64,000 bases of DNA from Bispira polyomma (Eukaryota), in the NCBI GenBank assembly GCA_965649765.1, contig OZ287751.1, positions 66,960,001 through 67,024,000 on the forward strand, written 5' to 3'. Position 1 is the stretch's first letter, and every line of letters begins with the position of its first letter. Shown in pieces: positions 11,601 to 23,600 of this stretch. The translations under genes and the position numbers were made by a program. The notes beneath the pieces were generated by a model. That model worked only from the letters and a program-made list of their open reading frames with translations, had not been told where the DNA came from and searched no databases.

Positions 11601-14600
11601 AATAAACAGCTCTTCTAGTTCATCAAAGTCATTACACGTTGCCGTTCACATGTTCAGAATTGCCTTGAAGTTTAAATCCAATAAAATGAAGGTCTCTTCT
11701 AAATTGGCAAGGTTTCTTTTTAAAACCCGATTTCAGCCCTCCAAGAACTTTGTAGCCCTTTTATGGACGCCAGCTCTAATGGACTTAATGTGAAGTAATC
11801 ACAGGATGAATCACCAGCACAGAAAATTGGATGTGGATGGACTGTACGGAGGGAACCACTTTTATGAAAGCTAGTTTTTTTACTTAAACTATCTACATAT
11901 CCCTTAAACGTTTTAACACTGTATGAAACTGTCACTACTGCTATACTGTAGTACAGAATAGAGTGAAATCAGCACAGTAGCAGCCTTTGTGTGAAATGTA
12001 CATCATCTATATATATATATAATATACAGGGTACTTTGCCCGATTCAACAAAAACCACAAAGTCACATAATGTCAGTTTTAGTGCTCAGACATAATAAGA
12101 CTTAAATCACAAAGACCCATGAACAAAGTACCAGAGACTGCAGAGAAAATGCTATATATTTAGTGCATATAGCAACAGAAACCCATTTCATTTCATTTTT
12201 TTATTTTCTCTTTGTTTATTATATGTTGGCTGAAGTCTGCCCCTGGCATTTACCATGTAGGTTATATAAGAAACTCTACTACCAATTTACAGAGAAGTAG
12301 ACTCAGTAAAGTAGACTCTCTGTAACCAGAATCAGTAGAAGACCAATTTCTTTACCAATTGGAACCAATTTTCTGGTCCCATACAGTCAAAACATATTAG
12401 TTTTAAATTAGAGCATACGTAGATGTTATTTCTAACTCCTAACCAAGTCCTATAAATAATAGTCATTTGACATGTAGAGATTCTAATGTACCCCACTAAT
12501 ATGAACAACACACAGTTATAATAAAACAACATCCTTAGTCTGCTAAAAGAATTTCTTTGATAACTGTTTCTGTATTTTTGTTTCATTATATCGTGTAACT
12601 AGTGCATGCACATATTAATTAAGCCTGATATTAATGCTGTTAACTTGATTACATGTATATAAATTGAAGAAGATGAACTTTTATTTCTACTTAGTCTTGT
12701 CCACCCACATACAACAAAAAAGACTCACTTGATGTTCTTAGTAGTATATCACAGAAGGTAATAGAAGGTAAATCCCCAAGGCTAATTCTTGGTGGCAGGA
12801 GAATATATCTTATAATTGTGTATTTGTTTTATGTAAGGGACCAGTGTCTTGCCTCTTGATTTATGATTTTGGCAAAAAAACAAAGTAGGGTTTTTCTAAA
12901 ACACTGAGGTCTTTTAAAGGTACAGGACACATTCTAGATAGATATAATTCTTGATATAATCAGTCTTTAACACAACTCGTCCAGATTTACTGACAGTCTT
13001 CTTAGTGAGGTGCGAGGCGACTACTCTAGACTACCTACGAGCATGGTTTCATAGCTTTCATGAGTACTCAGATCTGCATTACACTGTGTGTGTGAATGTA
13101 TATTGAGTTGAATTAACTTCAATGCAGATTATGCAGGTTTTCCCTGCAAGTGATACTTAGGATAACTCCTAGATCTGGCGAATAAAAATTAGATAATTTT
13201 CTAATGGGAACATTTCGTCTTGCCTCCCTAGTGTTCACTTTACATACAATATAAAAGGTTGTACATAGAGTAATTGGTTTCTAACATATTTACATGCTTT
13301 GCTGGTAAAGGCCCTTACACTTTAAACATGATTAAAGGTTTTTGTATATTTGATGTTTGAGTTCTTATTTTTACACAGCACAGTCTAAAAGTCTGATACT
13401 CGATGACAAAATCTCACACTTGAATTTTCTTTGTACACATAGCCCAATTTTGTTTTTTTTCTACTTGCTACTCATCTTGTCTTCAGTAACCTTAACAGAG
13501 GAAAGAAACTTTCTGTTTCCTCTGTAAAACCTACCAAGAGGGCTGGATCTCGAGCTTTCTCAATCGCTGCCACTATGTTATGGAATAGTCTCCCACTTGA
13601 GCTTACATCACTAGAAACACTTTCTAGCTTTGGGTAAAAACTTTAAACCGTTCTCTTTAAACTCGCTCACCCCCCTTTTTGTTTGTCTCCCTGTGTACCC
13701 CCACATCCATCCTTAGAACCTGGCTATGTGTTTTATACTTCTTCATTGGTTAATTAATTTTGTTGTTGCACTTCAGAAGATGCCCGAATCAATAAAGGCG
13801 CGATAAAAATATGCAATACCAAAATAATACTCACCTCTATTTGGGTCGTGTTGTAGTTTGTTTCCAAAGTCCGGGACCATAGGTGGAGCCACTGGTTTTC
13901 CCCTGGGTTTAGGTCCGGGTATGGGTGGCTTGTAGTCCACTGTATCATAGTTCTTCTCCTTGCCTTTGACCGAGGCCGTCTTGATGTTGTTAATACATGG
14001 CACGGCGTAGTGTGAGTTCTGCTTCACTTCCATCTGCTGCTGATGCTGTTGCTGCTGTTGTTGTTGCTTGGACAGTACTCCTGGCTCAGGGGGTTCGAAT
14101 AGCTGAGAAGTCAGGGCAGGGCGGTTGTGTGACTTCTCATAGGCCGTGGATATGGTGTGTGGGCGCTCCACACCGCCTTCCTGTTGAGAGTATGGGGCTG
14201 AGGGGGGGTCGGGCCAGTTAGACCAGGTCGATACGGAGGAGGAAGGGTAAGAGGGGGAGGGGGTGGTGGCATTACTGTCTGTACCACTGCCATTACTGTC
14301 TGTGAGGGAACTCTGGAAATAAGACAAGAAACTTATACCATCACTGTCTGTTTCTACTGTATATGAGAGAAGTCTGGCAATACGACAAGTACCTTATACC
14401 ATTACTGTCTGTGGGAGAACTCTGGAAAAGAAGACAAGAACCGTATACCATTTCTGTCTGTGAGGGAACTCTGGAAAAAACTAATTAACACCATTACTGT
14501 GAGGGAGCTCAGTGGAAACCCAGAAAGATCAAATCTCTTGCATGCTGACCTATAATGTTAATATGGGACTATAGAGGGACAAAATGTTTACCGTCTCCAC

Positions 14601-17600
14601 CCAACATTTCACTCACCCAACTGGTACAAATATTTCTCTAATGCTATTAAGTTTTACTCTTCAAACCTTCAACAACTTGGCCAGTGGTTAGAATTTTGTC
14701 ACTCTTCTAAAAGTGAGACCTAAAAGTGATATTGGTCATCATGCCTACATTATTGTTGTACCCTGTTCTACCCCTACTGTTGGTATCGGTTCAATGAGCT
14801 CTGCAAACTAACTGTAATACTAACCATTCATAAACATCTGTTTACGAGTAAAAAAGCTTCTAGAAAAAAAAAAATTATGATCAAAACCCTGAATATATTT
14901 TGTCTATATATATTTTTCCCAAGATATGTAAGCAATACTACAAATTATTTAGGCACCAGACTTTTATAGTGGCACTCAAGTACTGTTCAAATTTCTTCAA
15001 AGACTACCGTAGTTTGAATGTATGTTTTGTTCCACACGCAACATTACAACTATATGGTACAAAATGGCCAGAAAGCCATATAATAAGTTTTCAGACTTTC
15101 TATCTCAGTTTGTTATGCAAATACTCAAAACACAAACTTGCTTTTGCAAATGAACTGATGGTTTATACAAAATTTGTACTGGAAATTACAGTAGAAGAAT
15201 AGCTTTGCAACATGAAAAACTGTTGAGGAAAAAAACAACCCCAAGCTGAATTCAGGCCAGCTAAGTGTAATCACACCTGATCTGGTCCATCATTGCAATT
15301 AAAGTTTTTGTAATCATGTATATACATACTGCATTTAAACTGTACTGGACCCTTAAAAATCGATGTAATGATATTTCCAGAACCATTCCATGGCAGTTTG
15401 AAGCGTGACTAAATGGTGACTAAAAAATACACAGTTCTATGGGTTAAGGTGCCAACTAAATGAAATATTGTCAGAAAATCTACAGTTCGCAACTATTGGA
15501 GGGAAATTTAGTAATAAGTTGAGAGTAACTTGGTGAGAGGGAAAAAATTTGCTTGTTATTCAGTGTGCTAGTGTCATTTGCTGTCAAAACATACATACAC
15601 GCTGTTATAGCACATTTATCATTACCTCTGCTAAGGTGACTAAAACACACACAGTTCTATGGGTTAAGGTGCAGACTGAGTGAAATATTGTCAGAAAATC
15701 TACTGTTTGCCATTATTGGAGGGAAAATTAGTAAGCGCTGTATAGCACATTTATCATTACCTAAAGAGGTTATGTTCTTATCTATGTCCATTGGTTGGTT
15801 TGGTTGTTTTTGTCACCAGGATTAAATGCATTGTGACAGTGTGTAGGTTCTAAATGACCTTAAGATTGAGCCTCAAATTATATCCATGATTTTTGATTTT
15901 TAAGTCATAAGTCGATGATGTCACTGTGCACTAATTCCATGTCTGGGGATAGAAGTTGCACAAAGGTCCAATGTATTTTTTTTATCCTTGGGTTCATTGT
16001 ATATCTCTGACTTATAGGAATTCCTCTCTATGTACTATGACAACTGGCTTTTAAATTATGTAACAGACATACAGTACTTAAAGCCTTCAGACAGAAGTAA
16101 GTCAGATATTTGGTCATTTATATTCCTGACAAGACCACCACAACAGACTACTGCTCCACCACCAAAGGCTTTACACAATGGATGGAGGTTCTACCTGAAG
16201 GCAATATGTTGTACGTCTGGCAGACTGTCAATAATTAAAGTGGCCAGAGATACTGAACACAAACTGGCTTACAGTGAATATTATACAATGGTGGAGTCCT
16301 TCTTCTAAACATTTCAACAGTTATTTAATAGTATTAATAGTTATTTAATAGTATAAAAATAGTCCTTTCTAGTGTTCTATATGATATAGTACATAGGTGA
16401 CATTAGTCACACAAGCACTAATAGACAGGATTTTATTAGTTTAATAAAGTTTGGATTTAAAGTCATTTTGAACATGTTTGCCTTATATCACGACAGAAAT
16501 ATTATTGGTGGAGGATATCAGAGCATAGTAGTTGGTCAGGGTTTTTCTGCTCTGCAAACCACCAGCCTTCAGCAAGTCTGCTGTCACCTTTCCCACATAC
16601 ACACTCAGGACCAAGATTTAAATATTTTTAATCTTACATTGCGATCGCCACATTTTTTGGTCGCATAAACAAATACTCCATGTAGACATACACATCACTA
16701 ACCTATGGCAAGTACCTGAAATGTTTCTACTTAAATGAACCAATGTCATCAGAGATGACTCTGAAGCAAAGTGTAGCATCTTACTAAAGGTTAAGAGGAC
16801 TCACTTGGTATCAAAGCAGTGTAGACAATATACATGCAGAGAAAAAGGTTAATCTAGCCCTCAAAATAACATTCAGTTCAGAACATCCATATCCATCTAG
16901 ATATCACAAACATTGGATGACTTTAGCAAAGCAACAGACAAGTTAGCATAGAGACATGAAATACAACATGTAGACCAGCAAAATAAAATACATTCAAAAT
17001 GACTTTAAATATGAAAGAAACAGCTTCATTTTACCTGTCTATGCATTTAGCTTGCACTTCTTGGTGTATGCAGGATGTGGACTGTTTTGTACTTATCACA
17101 GTAATTCTCTACCAAGGGATTAAAAGGGTGTTTACCAGGCAGGTCTCAAGTCAGTAGTTTGTACTTGTATTGTATTTGTGATTTATGGGCCAATGATGTT
17201 GTCATCTCATTCAAATAACTGAAAAGCGGGTTTAAAAGGGCATAAACAGCTGTTTTATCGCAACCTGTTTGGTGCAGCAAGATTAAATTTGGATAATACA
17301 AGGTTTGCGAACATAAGAGGGATTTTACTATAAAACAACAGGCAATTGTAACTTTGGGAGAGTGAAAATGTTTCTTTGTTTCTTCTAAAATTGGATATAT
17401 GGACACTACAGGTTCAACTGGATAAATTTTCTCTGATTTAAGTACTTACCAAAGAATTCTGTGTAGGAATGGATGGCCACACAAATATATATACCAAAGC
17501 CTGCCATTTGGATACGGTTCAGGTGTCACACAATATCCCAATACGTACCTTTGTTATTGCTAGCACACCTGGCGAGGGAGGCCTCATACACACAGCTTCC

Positions 17601-20600
17601 TGGGAGGTGAATCCAGAGTCTTGTGAGGACACACTGGACAGACGTACCATACCAGGGGGAAGTGACTGGTAAAATACAACAGGCCAATCATTACTGGCTT
17701 GTCATAGGGTGGATACAATAGCCACTTGTCAATGGCCGGTAAAATAGAACAGCCACAGAATTACTCGCTTTTTATAGAGCGGATAAAACACCACAGCCGC
17801 TTCTCAATGAGCATTAAAATACAACAGCCCTATGATCACTGGCTTGTCATAGAGCAGATAAAACATGACCGTCGCTTGTCAATGACTGGAAAAATACAAA
17901 AGTAGCATAATTACTGGCTTGTCATAGAGCAGATAAAACACGACCGTCGCTTGTCAATGACTGGAAAAATACAACAGTCGCATAATTACTGGCTTGTCAT
18001 AGAGCAGACAAAACACGGCTAGTCAATGGCCGGTAAAACAGCCGCCTCATTACTGGCTTGTCACAAGCATGTACACTGGTTACTCGGGTGGAGAAAGACT
18101 TCTTGCTAAAGCTGCAAGTCGCATCGATTATCACCCACACCGACTCAATCTAACAGTCAATGCATCGAAAAACAAATTTTAACTAAACAAAGTTTTCCTA
18201 TCTAAACTCAGTTATTTTTTTCAACAGTATAACTTTAAATTTAAATGTAAGATGGACCTAAAGTTACAATTTTGTCTAATTATTTATACTTTCTTTGGCA
18301 ACAATGTGCTTTGGGCATATACTAAAATTCGGCAAACAGGTAGTAAAATATACATGATCGAGTCGCAAAGCCTGGGCTTAATGCATCGCTATATTGGTAA
18401 CAGTCGACCAATGCATCGATCTCTGAATGAATTGTTGCAGCTTTACTATTCCAAATATTCATCAAATATAACTGACTTGTTAATGTGGCGTGAAAAATCA
18501 ATTCCAGTTATTTGACAAATAAATTCTTTAATTTGCTTAGGTAGAAATCAACATTGATTGCACAATTTGTTTTTTAATGAGTTTCCCTTTAAAGAAGCTA
18601 TAGCTTAGATATACAGTCAACCTTGTTTTACTATAAAGTAGTTTAATCTTCTTCAGTTGTCAAAACTTTGAAAAGTGTGAGCAGTGTCTGTGGTTAAAAC
18701 AGATAATATTTGATGATAAATGATGTCTTTAGGTTTTGCTAATACTTCCTGTATGAAAGTAATTAACAAGGTATATGTTTACATTTGTCAATGCCAAAAT
18801 AGTAGGAATTCTGTAGTGTATAAGAACAACACCAGTAAATTGAGACATAAGGCGACATCACACTTTTATCGCTTGAGGCACGTGAATTCTGTTAAACCAA
18901 TTTAACATCAACTTAAACCTATGAAGTTAGTTTCTGGAAGTATGTAGAACAATGAGATGCAATAATACCCAGTAATCTCTAAGTATAACATTTGGATATA
19001 AAAAAAATAGTCCTGAATGTTTTCCATTACTTTCTGAGACAGAAGTCTACTCTAAATGTCTATTGTAAACAATTTCAAGGAATTTTATTTTCCACAAATA
19101 AATACATCACTTTTCATCCTTTTATGTCAACGCAGAGAAAAAAAAATATAAGAAAACATGTATCTCTGATGACTTGGTCCCATCAATAGCCATCAACAAG
19201 TCAAGTTATACACATGATAAATTCACTTTAAACACAACACTGTGACGAACCTTGTAACTCAATATACAAAGAGAACCTATAATTAAAGATAATCATATGT
19301 ATAACCAGTGTTTTTTTATAAAACTGAACACAACATATAGCATACCGTTCCACTGACAAATTAAAGCCATGGTTTATTTTATTCAAAAGCACACTATCTC
19401 ACACCTAGAAGCAGATTTACTTCATATCTTCAACTTTTATCACAACAAAGCTGTAATTTTCAAAAAAGTTTTAAAAAAGATAATTATTATCTTTCATGCA
19501 CTAAAAAGAACACGATTGGATATCTATACGTGCTCCAAGGAATAATCAAAAGAATATTCAGTATTTATTCAATATTTAACCACTTAAACTATAAGCAATG
19601 AACATGCAATTTGAAATTCATGCATAGCTGACACTTCATGAGAGGCATACCACGTTTAACTAGAGCAACAACTATCAGAGTAGTAATCACCCAACTTTCG
19701 CCTTCTCATTTCCATTTTTCAGGGAAGTTGGTTAAGCTTTCTGCTCTGCAAACTACCCGGCTTCAGCAAATCTACTGCAAAGATGGAAGGCAAGAGCCGT
19801 ACCTCTAGACCAAGCTTCTTCCTATGGTTACCATACACTTACCAGTGAAGGGTTCCTGAAGTTGTGACTTGGAGATGGCTTGTTGCTATGGTTACCACAC
19901 ACTTACCAGGGAGGAGTTCCTGTTCCTAAAGTTGTGACCTGGAGAGGACATGTTGGTGCCTCCACTAGAGGAGGAGTTGATGCTGCTGATGCTGCACATA
20001 CTGGACTTTCTGGAGCCCAGAGAACTTGGGGAACTGGGAGGGGTCTGAAAAACAGTGGGAAAAAGTGGCCATTAGAGACCCACAAAATGATTAGAGTTTG
20101 GAATTACGCCAGACACTTCACTTTATGAATTTCATTGCTATATTCCCTTTGGAATAAACCCTCATGTTAAGCTAAGATAGACGTGTATTTTATGTCGAGT
20201 ATTTTACTATGACAAATAGTACCACACAGCCAAAATAGACATGCAAAGACACAAGGTATGATATGATAAGTCCTGCCTAACACACCAGGTAATTCCTGAT
20301 AGGTCCAGCCTTGTGGGTCTTAGATCGAAAGTCCCTGGTTCAGGCAAGTCCCAGACAAAGTAGTCACTGAGGCATATCTTTCTTGGGCAAGATGTGAACA
20401 TACAATTGTCTTTTGATGATGACTAGTGATATGTTGTAAGACTAGCGCTTACCTTGGCAACAAATGCCTGACAGGATAGATTGTCATTGGTACAATACAC
20501 ATATTTTAATCCCAAAACACTAAAATTTCCACAAGTGGACACCTCTCTATATTGTCCTCACCTGATAGGTCCAGCCTACACCCCCTGTGACCTTGAGGTC

Positions 20601-23600
20601 AAGGATGACTTGTTCGCTGGCTGCCGGCAGTCCGGCGGGGTCACTGGCTTGTAGACAGAGGTGTTGTAAGATCTCCTGTAGATGAGTGACTTCCGTCAAC
20701 ATGTGGATCTCCTCATCCTATAGAAAAAAAAGAATTTGAATATAGTTGGGTGTTTACATCGCTTACAACAGCTTAGATTATATCACAACAACCAGATTGA
20801 ATGGTGGAAGAAGAATGGTGGTAAATCACCGAAAACTTGCACAGAATCTCTCAGAATCTGTTCTAATGAGAAATAAGAAAGTTATGTTTGATGTAAAGGT
20901 GATCCGTTCTGGCATGACTACATCTGAACAATACTGGAGTTTTCTCTTACCACCACAGGCTTCAGACAGCTGATGAACATACAGAAGCGACTCCTCTCCT
21001 CTATCAGTGCATTCCTCACTGCATTCTTCTCCGTCTCTTCAAGTACCTGGTACTTCTCATTGACCTCGTGTAGAGCCGAGTCCAGGCGGCTCTGTACATC
21101 CGACTTACCTGGACAGGACACATGACATAACACATGTATTAGGATGGGATCGCTTTTAACAGCGATATATGATGTCATGATAGGCAGTTTATTGGTGGAA
21201 GCAAGCAGAACAAGGTAATTGGTCACGATTTCTGAACTGTAAACCACCGGCATTCAGCAAGTCTACTGCCAAGTTTATCACATAGACTTCGCATTTGAAT
21301 TTAGTTGGGTTTACATCGCTTTCAACAGCTTAAGTCATATTCCGATGGCCAGATTTAAGAGTGCAAGAATCCCCAGTGCTAAAGAACTTCAAACCACTGA
21401 CCTACAGCAAGTACCTGACAATCTTTCCCGCATGAAGGTACAAACAGGATTTTAACCCACATTGATGAGAGACCAGTAATTGTGAACCTAACACTTCTAA
21501 CCACTAGGCCAGCGAAGTCCATGTCTGAGCTTAGATTCAAAATCACAACTGCAAGGGTGGGAGGCATGAGTGTTGCTAATCATATTGTAGTGTGATAGTT
21601 ATCAATAGGTCACTGTATTCTACTTTCAAGGTATAATGTACTTTAAATACCTCAGTTTTAGGTGTAGTGTGTCACACGCAGAATGTTAAAAAAAAATATT
21701 AAACTAGGTTATCTACATTTGGTAACTACAATTGGTAATTGGCATTTATCATTGTTGGGATTTCCCCTTTGCATGGTTAATATTTCTTAAACACAATTGT
21801 TGATTAGACTAAGTGTAGTATTTCTTACCAAAAAAGTGTTTAGAACAAAGAAGTGCATAATTCACGAAAATTGTAAATTCAAATTTTAATGGCCTGGGAG
21901 CAATTTATGCTGCACCAAAAAATAGCTTGTACATGTCATTACTTCATACATCATGTTCATACACCTAAACAGTAGTAGTAAACACTGCTTCTTATCAGTG
22001 AGGCTATCCATCACAACTGGTGATTAATTAATACAAATCATCATATCTATAAAAACAATGACATAAAACTATTCTTACAAGTAGCATTATATACATCATA
22101 GATAAAATACAATGGAAAACAGGTGATAGGTGTGCTGCTGTTAAGAGGTATAGATTACAAAAACATTGTTAGGTTATCTATATACATTGCAGGGTGTACT
22201 GTAAGCCTATTGTACAATGTTTAATGTTGGTTAATTATTTGAATTAGCCTCTTAAAACTTAATACTGAACTTTTCCAATTATTTGATCATACATGTATTT
22301 CTAATTACGATAGCTCTTTTATCCAAATGAGTTAGCAATCTCCACACTTAGAGAGATTGTGCACTAAAATTCTAATTTACCGATCATAGCTTTGGAGTAA
22401 AGCTTTTTTTTTATCAAGTGTGCATATGTACAAGACAATCAAAGATGATATGTTGCCAGATGATTAAGTTAGCAAAATAAATAAATAGCGTTAAAGATTG
22501 CGACTGCTTAAAACTTTGCTATATCTTTTAGTCCATGTGTCCTTATGTATGTACCATAGTGGGATCTCCAAGTATTTTGACCAGTTGGTAATGTGGAATC
22601 CGTGTTCTAGATTGACACCTGGCATGATATAAACTCTTCAAACTTGATAGCCATGAACAATAGATATCACATACCATGACTGGACAGTATAGTGACCAAT
22701 ATTTTCCTTATATATTATACAATTTTAAAGCTAGTGTTTGGACCAATAGCAAGGTTCAAATCAAGAGATGAAAGAAATATTTAACTGATAACCTCAATGC
22801 CTCTTGGCAGTGAAATGTGTGTCACAGTGTACCACATCAATCAGTCCCAATCTCTACTAGGAGACACCTTATCCAGTAAAGCAGTCGCACATAGCTAGCC
22901 TTGCATACATCTCAAGTTTGTCAGATAATCTCACTTTAAATTTGACCAATCTTCTACTTGCCAGGAATGAACCAGGCAATACAGTACATTCTGATTTATT
23001 ACATGTACCGGTTCATATGTTTTGAAAAAGTTACAACTCAAATGAGACTCTGCAACAAACTTGAGCTGTAAGCCAGGGGCCATATTCACAAACGGTTAGT
23101 CTTATCTTAGTATTGAGCTTAAGATTTTGGTCTTTGATTTTGGTCGGAAAGGTTAAGAGTTTGGTCTTAGTCCCAGTGACAGTAAGAAATGATCATTGAT
23201 TAATGTTAACTTGCTCTTGACACTAAACCTAACAGTAAAGTCTTACATATTTTAGATATACATGTAATTGTAAAGGCTAAGACCTTTTGTGAATACGGGG
23301 CCCCAGGCTATGGTGTAGGATGTGAGTGAAGGTAACAACAGAGAAGACTAAGGCACTACTAGATAAGCAAAGTGTGGACACCTCTGATCTCACCCTTTTT
23401 CACTTTCTTCTGGAGTCGGATGGTGTCTGAGGATGCCTTCTTAATGTCAGCACGCGCCTTCTTGTAGTCTGAAATACAGGAAGTAAAGTATAGCTATTAA
23501 ACGTATGGTCAAACACTGTAGCTTACTTCAGTTTGGATTTAAGCAAGCTTTCAACGCGTTTGTGTCACATCACCAATGGCCAGTTCACCGGTTTTTTTTT

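Noticed and set aside
16717-17108. Exon-like AG...GT segments (74 nt near 17035-17108; 45 nt near 16717-16761)
   Set aside because: Phases do not fit the phase-0 intron without stops; the second overlaps a SINE A fragment
17664-18062. CRISPR-like array
   Set aside because: Whole units are homologous with no unique spacers, there are no cas genes, and the context is a eukaryotic intron
22370-22690. Possible microexons between exons 6 and 7 (aag|CTATGATCG|gtaaat; cag|TCATG|gtatgt), where vertebrates have a small alternative exon
   Set aside because: The first has an A-rich, weak acceptor; the second is 5 nt and frameshifting
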